Shown here in pieces: positions 26,400 through 41,829 of a DNA stretch of 49,013 nt (its first letter is position 1; each line of letters begins with the position of its first letter). Under the pieces are notes generated by a model that saw only the letters and a program-made list of their open reading frames with translations, did not search any database and was not told where the DNA came from. Source of the DNA: Bigelowiella natans CCMP2755 (lineage: Eukaryota > Protista > Cercozoa); assembly GCA_000320545.1 (NCBI GenBank), contig ADNK01001300.1, positions 1-49,013 of the forward strand, read 5' to 3'. The position numbers and the translations under genes were made by a program.

Positions 26400-26882
26400 A
26401 AATGTGTGTGTGGAGTATATGGGTAGCCAAGCCTCACTCACCAGGATGATGCATCGTCAATAATGCGACCAATCTGACGTGGGGAAGTGTTGCGTTTTTG
26501 AATGAGTATTATTTCTGGGACGATATCATAACACTCCATCCCGTCACCTCCCTCCCTCCACCCACCAACCCCAACCACTACTTTCTCCCATGATCCACTT
26601 TCCAACAATATCCTTCATCATCCGAACGGTCTCTAAGAGCAGCATGCCGCCAAGATGGCCATTGCTACTAAATTCTGCTGCTGCCACTGACCTGCACATT
26701 TGTGTTAAGCTTGCGCTTCTTGCCTATGTGATGATGGGGGGGACAAGGGGAGGGAGGGGTGGGAGAAAAAAAAGGCAAACGGTGTTTAGAATGCGGGAAT
26801 AGAAAGAAAAGGACTCGGTACTGAAGAGATAAGAGAGAAATACCATGCAATATACACGGTGTATACGAACGCATACACAAAG

Positions 26883-26925
<43 letters not shown>

Positions 26926-27508
26926 TACACACTATTATGCTTGTCAATAGTAGGATGAGGAGAAGGATGAGGAGGAGGAGGAAGAACAACAAATCGGCCA
27001 CACACACACTCACACAAACACACACACTCACACACATACACACACTACCTTCTCTCTTGAAGAAATGCTTGGGATCAAGATGCGCCCGCGCGGCTAAAAC
27101 ACGTAGCTCCTGCTTCAGCTAATAAACAGTTAGCATAAAATGAGAGAGGGAGAGAGGGAGAGAGAGAGAGTAAAGCACACGCCTCATTATCACCACTTTT
27201 ATCGCCATTATTGAATCATCACCCACCATTGGCGTCATCTTCGTTGGGCGGAATTTTGTCCATTCGTCAGCACGCGAAGAGGACATCTGTTTCTTTTGAA
27301 GGGAAGAGGACGACGAATACGATGATGAAGATACCACCCCCTTTGCTCCTTCTATATCCTTATCAGTCTCTTCGCCGATGTCGTCGTTCTCGCTCTTGTT
27401 CCCCCTCCCCCTCCTCCTCCTTCTTCTCTGCCCTTTACCTCTATTACCGCCCAGCACCATGGACACGTCAAGGTTCCTTATTTAAGATCAAAAGGGTTAG
27501 AAGATGTA

Positions 27509-27551
<43 letters not shown>

Positions 27552-28577
27552 TATAAATTTATATATTGTATCACAGCTTTTTTATTGTTACTTGAAGGAT
27601 CCCACAGTCTCGCTGTTTCGTAAGACGAATCGCCCAGATGATGACTTGGAGGAGGATTTAGATATCATCTTCTGAGAAGCAAAAATAGTACCCGGCCAAG
27701 AAAACAGCAAGGGCGTGAGGAGGATGAAAATGGGAAACAACCAAGAACACGAGCAGGAACTGCACCTTGCTTTCGTCGACGATGCTGGGCAGAATGTCGT
27801 GCGTGTGTGCCGCCTCGGGAGCCTCACCAAACAGCTTCCTGCAAGAAAGAAGGAGGAGAAGGAGGAGCAATAGGAATATAAGGCATAGGAAGGTGGAGAA
27901 CACAACGGAAGGATATATAGTAAAAGAGAAGCTAGGGGAGGCTCCTCCCACCATGTGCATAGTTGCAGTGTGAATTGTTATAATGAGCATTCTAATTCAT
28001 TGCAAGGAGTGAAAATGACCATATCTCGCCATCATCATCGTCATCTTCGTCGTTCTCGTTGCTCTCCTCATCCTCCTCCTCATCCTCATCGTCGTCGTCC
28101 TCTTCCTCGTCTCCATTACTCTCCGTCCCATTTGGCTGGAGGTGTTTCGTGAGGGCTTCAGCTATGCGTTGTGCAAGGCCTGAGAGCCCGACAGGAGTAA
28201 CTCCCTTTTCCGTATTGTTCCCCCGATCGCTTTTATTTATTTGACTGCTGTCGATTTCACCGCCATCTTCCTCCCCTTCCCCCTCTTTCCCGTCTTTCTC
28301 ATCATCGTCGTCCTCATCGTCCTCATCGTCGTCGCCGCTGTCACCCGCATCGCCATTCTGTTAAACATCGGGGGCAAATGAGAATTAGAAGTATCGAACG
28401 TGATTTACAGCATGGGGTCTTTCTGAGTTGTTGGCTATGCGAATGGTAAAGGGGTTGAGTGTGCGACAAACCGAGGCGGCATCAGCCGTTTTCTGTTTTA
28501 TTTGTTTTGCGACTCCAGCTGCCTCGGCAATGAACTCAGCTGGAAAATATACACACATACAAGCACATATTATATAC

Positions 28578-28638
<61 letters not shown>

Positions 28639-28995
28639 AGTGTGTGTGTGTGCTGTGTGTTATTTTAATTGATTTTCATCTATTTTCTCATATATATGCT
28701 CAAGTATTGTTCGTTCTTATGTATTTTGTGCTCTTAATTCTTTTCAATGCTGTTTTCCACCTCCAAAATTGTCCTCCTCTTCCTCCTCCTCTTCGTTGCT
28801 GGGTAGGTATATCAAAATGTCCAAGATGATGTTCGGCGAATTGCGAATGTCGGTTACAAGATTTTCACCACCGACCGACAACATCAATAATGCACTCTCA
28901 TAAATCCACATTCATTTTAGTGCATGCCATATTAGCATTTGGTGAGCAGTTCGCTACCTCTCGTAGTCGCTATCGTCGAAGCGGATGTCAGCCAT
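25741..28995 (-). CDS. FCF2: Fcf2-domain pre-rRNA processing protein (Fcf2/DNTTIP2 family); start tentative
   Basis: Spliced C-terminus DEWTKFRPTKMTPM|LKQELRVLAARAHLDPKHFFKRE|KKRKLNTNVQ|IGRIIDDASSW|YIDRSTKKEAKRSHLEAVLN|HGTRGYIKAKFLEIQ|ASKPSLKRRRG...KR* matches the Fcf2 pattern. The N-terminus is acidic and low-complexity. Confidence 0.75.
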
Positions 28996-29741
28996 TCTTT
29001 CCCAGATCTGTAAGACCAGCGAGATTCATAGAATTGTACCGAAATACAAATATAATGCCGGAAACTACTAACGACATCAATAAATATTTATTACATACAC
29101 ATTTACGCCTTGTCCCAATCGAACGGAGGAATGAAAGAACATAGCAACTCTACTACAATGTTTCCGGGTGATATTCTCTCCCAAATACGCAGGAGCAAAG
29201 TCTTGCTATGAGCGGAGAATATCCCATTATGACCGAGAAATTAAGTTTGGGATAATTCACCGAATCTAAATTGTGTCTTTCTGTCGCAACATTGAAATCT
29301 TCTACATTTTCATAGAAATTCAAGTCGCAGAGAAGCAAATCGGAAATCTCTATTCCACTTTTTTTTTCTTTTTGAACTTAGCGTCCGAACGGCAAACAAA
29401 CCATCGACTCGCATGTGGAAGAAGAGAATGAGAATCAACGACTCTGATCAGCATGTTTTTTTCCAAGCTGGCAGCACAGAGTGTGTTTATTTCACACGCG
29501 CGGTAGCTGGGCGTTAGTCTTTCGTCCAGCAGAGAGCGAGCATAGTTCGCTTTGTCACCCTCCAACCGTAATCTTCAGACTTTTACAATTTCATTTACCC
29601 AAAGACGGCGTCTTTCTATGGAAATTGAAGCAAATAAAACAATGTCGGAGGGTCTGAATCCAAGGCTTGCTCCTCAGAAGTTTAGAAAATTTATCCAACG
29701 ACACTTTCCGATCGAAAGCCACAGCACATAGCTTTCGATCG

Positions 29742-30614
29742 ATGGGGGGCGTCAGCTGCACCAAACGGAGCTGCTGCAGCGTTTCCTCCAAGGTGCTGTT
29801 GGACGAAGATGCCGACAGCGAATCGTTGTCCGCAGTAATGGGAAGTGAGCAGACGAATGAGCAGGAGGTTGACGTATTCGATGACGGCACGACCCAGGGT
29901 GGCGCTAGTGACGGTGAAGATCATCTGAGAAGTAGTGAGGAACCCTTTCCAGTTGCTCCCGAACAACGCAACTCTACCAGAGATCCTCTCCGGCTTGATA
30001 TAGAAGAGATTCTCGTAGATGATAATGTAGAACCGTCGAACCATACTAATGCCGTCAAGAGAGCTACCATAAGTGGAGAAGCGCCGGGACAATCAATTCA
30101 TGATTCTCCCGTTCGAAAAGATAGAACGAGCACCTGCTCTACAGAGAGCAAGAAGGGACCATACCTGCCAGTGGACGTCACAGTCAACGACATCGAGCTT
30201 GCTGATGATGGAAACAACTGCAATCAGAATGTCAATTTCTCCCCGAAGGATAGAAGGCACTGGGTGGAAGAGATGGTGGCAACCCCGCAATCTATTCACA
30301 CGCCAACGATGGAGGGGAACCTGAGTGTGGAAATCGCCCTAGACGAACCTGTCAATATGCGCTGCCTTGAAACCCCCCCAAGGCACACTCCTGACTTTGG
30401 AACAAATCCAGCTGCTCTGAACTTTTCATCTCCTATTGTCAAGTGGCCGGGTGATAGCATTCGACGTCCTGTGAAGAATGAACAGAGAGTCAATCGAAAG
30501 CTTGGCGCTGTGTTCCAGACGTTTCCTTTCGCTGCCGCTGTTCCATCACCACGAGCATATAATTCCGCTCAGAACCCATTAACTATTGATGTTGCCGAAG
30601 GAGAATCCTCATAG
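29742..30614 (+). CDS. Uncharacterised intronless protein (about 290 aa), MGGVSC N-terminus, disordered and acidic
   Basis: Long ORF (29667-30614) free of microsatellites, with coding-like composition. No domain recognised. Confidence 0.6.
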   Translation: MGGVSCTKRSCCSVSSKVLLDEDADSESLSAVMGSEQTNEQEVDVFDDGTTQGGASDGEDHLRSSEEPFPVAPEQRNSTRDPLRLDIEEILVDDNVEPSNHTNAVKRATISGEAPGQSIHDSPVRKDRTSTCSTESKKGPYLPVDVTVNDIELADDGNNCNQNVNFSPKDRRHWVEEMVATPQSIHTPTMEGNLSVEIALDEPVNMRCLETPPRHTPDFGTNPAALNFSSPIVKWPGDSIRRPVKNEQRVNRKLGAVFQTFPFAAAVPSPRAYNSAQNPLTIDVAEGESS

Positions 30615-30659
30615 TTTTAGTACAAACAATAGATAGCCATTAGACGAATTCACAAAGCA

Positions 30660-31870
30660 TTTCAATGAGCGTATTTCGCATCTATGATGTGTACGCACAC
30701 GTACGTGCTAGCGTGTCAGATAGAATTAGCTGGTACATGCACATCTAATCTTGTCTACACTGCCATGGCTAGTGTCGTAGCGCCACGGACCAAAACAACA
30801 ACGTACCGCCACGTGTGTGCGCAAGAAGTCGAGCGACAATTCAATATATATGTCTAGTATATGTGGACTACGCAAATGTCACAAAATCCAACAACAGTAC
30901 GTACAAACAAGCACGCATCTAGATCTAGTGTGTAAGTACTTATACATATCTAGATCTTTCTAGCTCTAGCTAGCTAGCTAGAAACTAGTAAATCTAGATG
31001 CGCGATGTGACATGCTAGCTATAGCTAGGTAGCTAGATGTACAAACAACGGCATGCTTGCAGTAGCTTACACTAGCAGCTCCAGAGCTAGCTAGCTAGGC
31101 AGTGCTATGGAGTGCTGCATGGCCATTGCTAGAGCACATTGCAATCTTGTCTAGCTAGCTAGCACTGTCTAGGCTAGTAGTGGGTGATACTATGTTGTGT
31201 TGCAGGTCTTGCATAAGATCTAGCTAGCTAGCTAGCTAGCTAGTCCTAGAGTCCACAAGATCGATCTAGAGATCTCCAGATCGCGCTAGGGATGTGCGAT
31301 GGACTACCAAACTAGCTAGCTAGCTAGCTATTAGCTAGTAGTGCAGGCACAGCTACACTAGCTATCTAGCTATGCACCATGCTAGCATGATGGGCATGCG
31401 ATGACGCATCGCTAGATCGTCGCAATCAGTAATGTACGTACATGGAAGTCTAAAAGTAGATCTAGAGAGCTGCATGCAACGTTTGGAGCGCATTCTAGTA
31501 TCATTTGTTGTGCATGTATACTAACAAGATATGCTAGCTAGCTAGTGTGTCTGCTACTACTAGTTAGCTATCTAGCTAGCTTTAGAGCTAGATGTGTGCA
31601 TGCATAGCTATGTACGGCTTTGTTAAAAATTCTATCATGCATGCAATGCTCTCATCTGTAGCAGCTAGCTCTATCAACAACGAAATAAACAAAGAAAGGC
31701 CCATGAAAATAAACACATGAAGTGTTGCACTGCTAGACTGACCAATTATTAACTACAGTTAAATAGACTAGTAGACACAGTGCGTCCTACAAGCGTGATG
31801 CACACTAGCACAGTATTTACGTACTAGAGTACAAGGGTAGCTACTCTGTCATGGGCTAGAAACAATCAAG
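30660..31870. repeat. CTAG/(GCTA)n-rich intergenic tract between convergent genes
   Basis: About 55-60 CTAG by eye in about 1.2 kb, including perfect (CTAG)3-6 runs. Also rich in CATG/TGCA/GATC. Confidence 0.9.
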
Positions 31871-32134
31871 CAAGCAATGGACGGATGAGAGGCATCGCTT
31901 GGCATAAATCAAAAAAATGGTAATGATGAACAATCGCGACTCTTGATATGTAAGATTTAACACCGTGCTTTGAATTTCATCATGCCATATTTTTCTCTTC
32001 GTTGATTTTTATTGCATCGTTTTACACGTGTGCCATGTCAGTCAGTTTTTAGCTGGATGTGCATATCGAAATCCCTTGCAATGATTTCTTTGACACATTT
32101 TATTTTCTAATGCTTTTCACATTATCTCTCCTCC

Positions 32135-33574
32135 TTACACAGTGTTGACATCACGTGAGGCAAGCTTTTTCGTCGCGCCAGGGGCTGTGCGCATTGTCTC
32201 GAGAGTGCACTTCAAGTCCTCAATTTGCGTTTCGTAGTCATCGATTATATCATCCTGAATATGAGTTTGACAGTAAAAGTTAATCAGAGTAAAAAATTAT
32301 AGCGCTTCTGAAATTTAAGGCCTAACTCAAATCTGTGCAGTATCTTTATGAGCATATATATTATAAACTGTTGTTTTGGAAGATCAAAGCCGCTTGGTTG
32401 GTATTGGTACACTTCACGCTACACAGTGCCATTATCGTGTCGACACCCTCAGAAACTCCCCATATTCAGGTGCAAAATTGCGTGCTGGTGTTGTTGTTGC
32501 TCCTGTGCCATGTCTTACACTGCGACTACCTTCTCTTGTTCCGACTCTGCAAGCTGGCATTTGAGCTCGGCAACTTTCATCTCAAGCTCTCGGAGCGCAC
32601 TACCCTCCTGTTCAAGCTTCATAAGGCCTTCCATGCTGATGATTTTCTCCGTAGCCTCTTCCTTTTCTGTCACTGCTTGTTCATACCTATTTGATGTGTA
32701 AGGTATCCCCCCCATTAACAAAACTCGCTCCCTATCTCGCACACAAAGGGACATACGGCATTACGATACCGGTGGATATGTGTTGCATGTGTCTGCCATA
32801 TATGTACAATTTTCAATGCCATGCATGGTGTTGGCGTATTGCTATTACTTCTGTTTGAGTATTTTAATGCCGTTATAAGCTTGGTCTCTTTGCTTTAAGG
32901 CTTTCTCCCTCCTAATCGTGTGGGTGATGCATACACATAATCAATAATACGCGTAGAATGCAGTAGGGATTGAGACTGTTAATTTACTTTTCCTTGTAGA
33001 ATTCGACAACTCGGAACAGTTTGGCTTGATCTTTCTTCAAGTCAATAATTTGAAGGTCCTTCTCTCTTAGGACATTTAGATGCGTGTCTACGCTGACTTT
33101 ATCCGGTGATGATGGCTTCTCTGATTTATCATTAGGCTCTTCTTCCTTTAATTCTTTTGTTTTAATTTCGGGAGGGGCATCATTTGCGCTCTGATGTTTT
33201 TCATCATGTCCCCCCTTACCATTTAGGAAAGGCTGCGAATCGGTCCCCACACCCACCGATCTAGTGGAAGGTACAGCCAAGACCGACTTGCTGACTTGCA
33301 CTGTGTTATTTTGATGAGATTTAGACTCTTTCAAGTGCGAACACCCTCCGGGAGGTGTATTGGAGATTTTACGAGAGAAGAAGCTTTTGCGCGAGTGGAG
33401 GGTACTGCGTCGGTTCTGATGAAAATTTGATTGTTTTCGGCGTCTCTTCTCCGGCATGAATGGGCGTAAAAATGCTCCGATTAAGTATTTAGGGCCCCCA
33501 CCACCTCCGAGTGAACATATTGTGGTCTCCCCCACGGTTTTTTTGCCATCAATTAAAGAGCTACTATTTGACAT
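32135..33574 (-). CDS. Uncharacterised coiled-coil protein
   Basis: A 196-aa first exon plus heptad-rich exons (LREKDLQIIDLKKDQAKL; LRELEMKVAELKCQLAESEQ; DDIIDDYETQIEDLK...NTV*) with GT..AG introns. Confidence 0.6.
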
Positions 33575-34543
33575 TGAAGCTGCTCGTAATTAAAACACGT
33601 AGGTCTAATTCCTCCTCCACCTGTTCAGGATATAAATGAAAAATACCAGAATAAGTTAGGAATATAGCGTATCAATGTTGAATATAGCCGGCATGCATCA
33701 AGAGGCCTTGCCTCTCCCCCTTGCTCGCTCACTGCTGCCATACCGATGGCCCCTTCTTATTAATGCTCGGTCAAAAAATCAACGACATTTTGACAAAACG
33801 CCGTTCTTTTTCCAAAAGAACTCGATAGTTTTATTGTCGTTACCTTAAAATCACATGTTCCTCCGACCAGTGTTTCGAACAATCCCGTTTAAATAACACG
33901 TTAAGTCACAATATGTGCCAACTTAAAAAGAATATTTTAGTTCAAATAAACAGACGTTTTCTCTGACGCAAAATTTAAATAATGCTGCATATAGTAATGC
34001 GACAACTACATGTCGTAATAATTGTCTCGTAAAAAGTGGAATTTGCATTCCTTATTCTGAGACTTTATCTGAAAAAAACTTGATGCCTAATCCCGGCTTT
34101 TCGTCGTTCGTGTGGAAATCAACCTTTCTTTCGGTTTCGGACGCAGCATGTATCTTGTCGCAAATACTGATTTCCATGCTCATTGGTCGTACTCAACGGT
34201 CATATGCCGTTGGAAAATTCCCCTCCACTTTTTCGCTTGTGTCTTGGGAATCGCAAGTCGCTCCGTGACAGCCGCAACCCAGGCTTTCTTTTTTTTCCAT
34301 GCGCCGTTAAAATCGCCTAATATTTGGATGATTTAGGCATGAATAGTTGTCGCAGAGAGAAAATAAACGGCTGTAGGTATCCCTGCAAACTCCTGTAATT
34401 CCGATCTAGCGGTTGGGATTTCATTCGCATCGTTCGTTCGTACCTGAGCGTCCAACCTCACGCCTTCATCATTGCTGAGTGCCCCCTTCCATCTGCGAGT
34501 GCTGCACGTCAAGCCTTGCGGTTTGTTTTCGATCAGCGGCGAG

Positions 34544-35898
<1,355 letters not shown>

Positions 35899-36534
35899 TC
35901 TCGGTGGTAGCATCAAGATATAGGAGGCGCTTTTGCTCAGTCTTTCGTACTACACGGCCTCATATCGTATCGTTAATGTCGTATATATTCTTCGCCTTTA
36001 GTAGCGGGATTTGTGATAATTAGAGTGTTTGAAATGCTTTGTCTACCATGATATTGCATGCATAGCAGCACAAAAATGCTAGCATGCCTAGAGCATAGCA
36101 TGCATGGCCGCGTACACATTCATGAATTGCTCATTGCAAGAGGCATACACAAAATAATACAATGTATTATAATAATAGACACAGTAATATTGTATATGTG
36201 TATATTATAATATATCTTAGATATATGTGTACGCTATGCTAGCATGATGCAATACGATTTGTTCGCAGTCGCGTACATGCTTGCATGACCTACATGCACT
36301 TATACGACGCTGCGCCGTTCGCCTTTTATTTGTGCATATTTTGTTGCGCGGCGAGGGTTTTGCTAAATTGCTGTTGTCCCGTTTGTGTGTTCGTGCTAGC
36401 GTGCGTGCGTGCGTGTGTGAGCATCACAGCTCTAGTTGTGCTTACGCGTACGTGTTTTCTAGTGCTGAACTTATATACATGTGGCAGAAGAGAGCGACTT
36501 TTTGCAACTATCTCGCTCGCTGGCTACTTCCGGG

Positions 36535-37699
36535 CTAATATAGATGCGATGGTGTTCCAGAGTAGTAACGGAATGGCGGGGACAGCGTCCTCCATCTATT
36601 CCTTCGCAGTGTTAACAAAGAACAAAGAATAGACAGGGGTCTGCACATGCCCCCTCCCTTCCCCCCTCCGCTAGTTTGTGTCGATGTAAGACTCGATAAA
36701 CGATAGGATCTTTTCGTTTTCGGTGTCTTCTTCGGGGTCAGTGTTTTCATGTTTAAGGGGCTCCTCCTCCTCGTCGTCGCCGCCATCCTCAGAGGCAGAG
36801 CCATTCCTATGATTTTTCGGTGCTTCGCTTCCTGCCATAGTTATAGATTTACACAGGAGAGGCGCAAATTAGCACGGAAAAACACCTGTGATTTTTGCTC
36901 TGCAAAATGCAATCGTTAGCACCCCCTCTTCTGCCAAGCAAAAACAACCCAACCAAGCTGGAAAAAACGAGGGGCTCATTTCGCGCAATTTCCCGCTCAC
37001 CGCCACCACCACAAATGTAGGATTCCACGCATTTAGCATGGTTCGCATGTTTAAAAACAAAATCCTCGGAAATCAGCGAATTGCGTGGAAAGGAAGGACA
37101 ACAGGCGAGAACAGACAGCCAACAAGCAACACGCAACCGTGTGTACTGCTGCAGTCCCCATCCCCCATCGGCGTGCTCCTGGCTACAACTTTGAGGCCTC
37201 CCTGCCCGCTACTACGTGTCAGATCCATTCTTTGCTCGAGCTGGTCAACACACTTATGCAGCCTGGCGAACGCAGCCTCGAGCACCCCGACCAACATATC
37301 GAGGCTCTCCCCCCCTTCCTTCTGCCTACTCACAGCTTTCCGCACTAGCTGCTTCGTCGTCATGGAGGAGGTGTGCGCGACGTTTCCTGGCCGTCTGTTC
37401 TCAGAGTCCTGGCCGTTTTGGGCTGAGGCACTACCACCATTGTCGCCGCAAGATAAGGGGGGGGGGGGGGTACCGGGCAGTGGAGTATGTAGCACATAAC
37501 ACACGAAATTCAAGGAACGATCTCACAACGCGATGGGGCCGTTAGGTAACATACCCTGTTGTCGTTGCTACTGCTGTTGTTTGGTGCCATGGTGGAAGAG
37601 TAGTCGTGGAGGGCAAACGGCTGCCCTCCTCTATCAAATCTTCCCACACTGGTACCGGCTTCTATAATGCATGTAGGGGGAGGGATGGAGAAGAGGATT

Positions 37700-37733
<34 letters not shown>

Positions 37734-39576
37734 TGAAGACATATATGTTTTATATTCTTTCCCCTCCCTTCTATTACACAATGAGTGAAACGGTGCTCTA
37801 CTTCGTTAATTGTTACTTCCACACCCCCCCCCCCCCCCCCCCTCCCTTACGACTATTTGGCTAATGCTACCGAGTGTTTTTGCTCTCTAGCTTGAGAAGG
37901 GGCATGATCTTCACCAGCATCGACAGCAAGCTGGACATCTGCTACTTCTTCGGTGCGCAGCACGATGCTACGAGTACCTGGTTTTCCATCCACCTCTTCT
38001 TTCTGCTCCGCCCCCCCCTTTGTAGACTTGATCTTCTTCTTCTTATTGTTCCTTTTCTTCTTTAACAGCGTTTTTTTTTGCTTCCCCGTCGTCGTCTGCA
38101 TTGACGAGACACAACGACGACACGACACACGACGAAGCGTCGATGGTCAGCCTCACTCGTCAGATGTGGGTGAGTGAATGCGTATCTCTCTCCCTCCCCC
38201 TCCCCCCCCCCCCTCCCCCTCCCCCCTTCCTTTTTTTTGTCTCTCGCTTTCTCGATTCTTGCTCTATTGCGTTGCTTACTTTCTTACTGGCAGTGGCTTT
38301 CCCCCCCACCCTACTGATGGAAGCTGGTGCATTCGTAAGCTTGCTTCTTTTCCTCCGCCTGCCGCTGCTGCCGCTGTTACTGATTTTATGGCTCCTTGCT
38401 AGCAGCCTACTTGTCGCTGTTTTTTTCCGGCCAGATAGCTGTTTCTTGCTAGGATAGCCCGAGCTTTCTCTTGCTGGCCGCTCCCTCCTACCGGATGATA
38501 CTACCAACGCCATACTGTTCGCACCGCGCTTTCCTTCCTGCTCCTGTTGGCGAATGGAAAGGAACTTAGTTGTGAGTCTACAGCACGCTCTCTCTCTCTC
38601 CCCCCTATCTGGAAGGTCCAATATCTCCATTAAACATCCTTCCCCCCCCCTTGACACAACCAAGGATGAATGGTACATAATCTCTTCGGTCGTCGTTGTC
38701 GTTATCGTTATCATGTTTTAGTTGTTGGCACCTTCTTCTTCCCTCCACCTGCGACTGTCCCCTTGTTCTTTTTCTTCTTCTTCTTCTTGCTTTCTGGGAG
38801 ATTCACCGTCAGCCGCTGTTTGCCTCTACTCGTTGCCCACCGTTTTTTCTGCAGCCCTGCTCGCTTCTTCATCTTCTTCCTCTTGAGAACAGGGGTGATG
38901 TCGTTCGCGGCCTCGCGGGAGATCTGCTTCATCTCCTCAAGTTTGGCTTCCATGCGACGGTTTTCCTCGACGAAACTCTCGATTCCGATTTGTTGGTAGA
39001 CCTAAGAACATAGCACGAGCGAGAGCACCAGTTATCATCACTACTACTGCCACTATTTACTACTGCTACTACTACTACTTCCACGCTACCTACTAGTGGT
39101 GGTATTACTACGGGAGCACTGCTGCTATTATGCATATTGAAACCTTTAGGATCTCATCGATCATTGCCTGCAGTTTTCCCCCTTTCTTCGCGTCCACTTC
39201 TTCACCTTCACCACCCCCCCCCTCCCCCCAAGTAGCAGTAGCCAAAGGGTCATCTTGCATTATCGTCATCAGCATATTCTTGTCCGAAAAATCAAGGGCC
39301 GCCCCCCCCACTTCCGCGCCGCCAGCTTTGCTGCTATTGTTGGCTTCAGCGGCGCTGTCGTACGAAACCGTGCCTTTCAAGAAGGGTTCCTTATTATCGA
39401 TTTCAAGTGGTGGGGGACTCTTCTTCTTCCCCCCCCCGCCTCCTCTCCTTATCTTTTCTTCTTTCCGCTCCGCGGCCTTCTTCTGCGCTTGAAGACGATT
39501 CTGTCTTATGCGGCTTGCAAAACGGGCTGAAGGGCGAGCACCGTTGGCTGCCTTCGACTTCCCCACCTGTATACGA

Positions 39577-39612
<36 letters not shown>

Positions 39613-40744
39613 CAGTGGCTCAAGGAGGATGCATAAACGACAAGCGAAAAAATTGGAAGCTAACAAGATGTCATCTGGCTGAAGACTGGCTCTCCGCAGA
39701 AAGTACTCGCGTGTAGCTGGGCGAAATGCTTCTATGCGTGCAACGGGGGGTGGGGGGGGGGTGTATGTGTCTGTGGTTTCTGGTTTAATTGTCTTTAGGT
39801 AGATAATACCACGACAACTTCATTGGACTCCAACATGCTCAGGTTCAACGCCCCGCGCCCTGTGCAACAGCAGCAACAGCAACAACAGCAGCAACAGCAG
39901 CAACAGCAACAACAACAGCAACAGCAACAACAACAACAACAACAACAACAACGACAACAAAGCATTATTGGCGAGAGAGGACCAACAACAGCCGGAGCAG
40001 CAACAACAACTGGCTATCACGCTGACGACGAGGACGACGAGGACGGTGACTTCTACTAGTAGTTGCTTACCAACGTTATTAACATCTTTCTCCGCAGCCA
40101 CCTCTTGTTTCTCCGCGACATCCATCGAGGACCTACGGCTCCTGCTCCTGGAAGGGCTTCCGTCTCGTGATCCCCAGCGAGAGCTCACAACCGTCGATGC
40201 CCCTGAGCCAACCTGCGTGCCGGTGATTCGGCATCATTGGGGGGAGGGGGAGGCGAGACGGGTGAAAGGGGAGCAGGAAAAGAACCACGATGGCATAGGT
40301 TTTTTGGGCTCAATTGCTTTCTTGAGAACTTTAGTTGATCGATGTCGTAACCGTTCTCACCACAACCACCACTACCACCACCATCGACTAGAGCTGAGGA
40401 CTTTAGACAGCCAAACCAGCGACTAGGCGACATCATCGCCATGAAACGCGCGTAGGATGATCATGAATCATCGACCGACAAGCATGATCGACCACACACG
40501 CGCGCGCTCGTGTGTGTGTGTGTGTGTTTGTGTGTGTTGGCGTTGTTGATTTACCCTCGTCGAGTTCCCGGGATCCCACCTGATAATAACACAGCATCGT
40601 ATCATTTAAAACAGGGTTCACTACCAACAACAACAGACACCATCCACATTATCATCTCGCACTGATAATACGAGCAGAATCATTCTCCTTACTCAACTGC
40701 GCCCAACCCCCTCTATCCTCCTATATTACAATATGTATATTTAT

Positions 40745-40786
<42 letters not shown>

Positions 40787-40985
40787 AATGTGTGTGCGTG
40801 CGCGCATTGCACAGCAGTAAGTTTTATACCCTCGATTGCATCTTTGAGGACGCTTGTGATCCTGCCCTTGACCTTCCTCTAGTTTTTCTCCTTCGCGACT
40901 TCTTGACGTACGTGTGCCACCAAGGCCGTGACGCCTTGTCGCCTGCAGATCGTAGTAGATATTATGATACAAAACTATAATTTAT

Positions 40986-41043
<58 letters not shown>

Positions 41044-41051
41044 TATCGGAA

Positions 41052-41084
<33 letters not shown>

Positions 41085-41271
41085 ACATGACCTGTTTCTA
41101 GTTTGCTCATGGTAAATTCTGCAAACTTTTCTCTTCGCCGCGTTGACATCTTCTCGCGCAGACTTTTGACAATCGCTTTTTCTGCCAGTCAGCGTTGTTG
41201 GTCGATCAAAGATATTAAGTTGGAACCGTAGATATGAGACGGGTATAAAACAACAAGACTGGTGCTACTTC

Positions 41272-41321
<50 letters not shown>

Positions 41322-41785
41322 ATATATATATATATATATATTTATAAATGTATATATTTACAAAGTAGACCTTGTGGATCTTTCCAGCCTCTTCCAACAC
41401 GGATCTGGAGCAAGGTTTCATTATCCTGTCGTCGGCCAAAAGGAAGCATCATAAATCAGATACAACAGGCACAAAAACGAAGAATAAGCACGACTTCATC
41501 GTCATCATCATCGTTATCGCCTTCTTCTGCCAGTAGATTTTGGGTGCGGTTGTACACATTCGCAGAAGTAAGCAACAGTGTCGTGGTATCCGAATACTCA
41601 TCGCATCGTCGGTGTTAGTCGCACCTTGAGCATTTGCATGATGTGCTCAAGTCCCACTCGCGTCATCGCCGTGGATTCTAGGTCCAAGGCTAACACCACA
41701 TGCATCGAGGACTATATCAGTATCATTATCATCACTATCTAAACCACCAGTAGTGTAGCAACGAGCGTGAATGCAGCAGGCACAA

Positions 41786-41829
<44 letters not shown>

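Noticed and set aside
30960-31340. CRISPR-like or satellite array
   Set aside because: There is no fixed-length repeat-spacer periodicity, only short (CTAG)n runs in a eukaryotic context.
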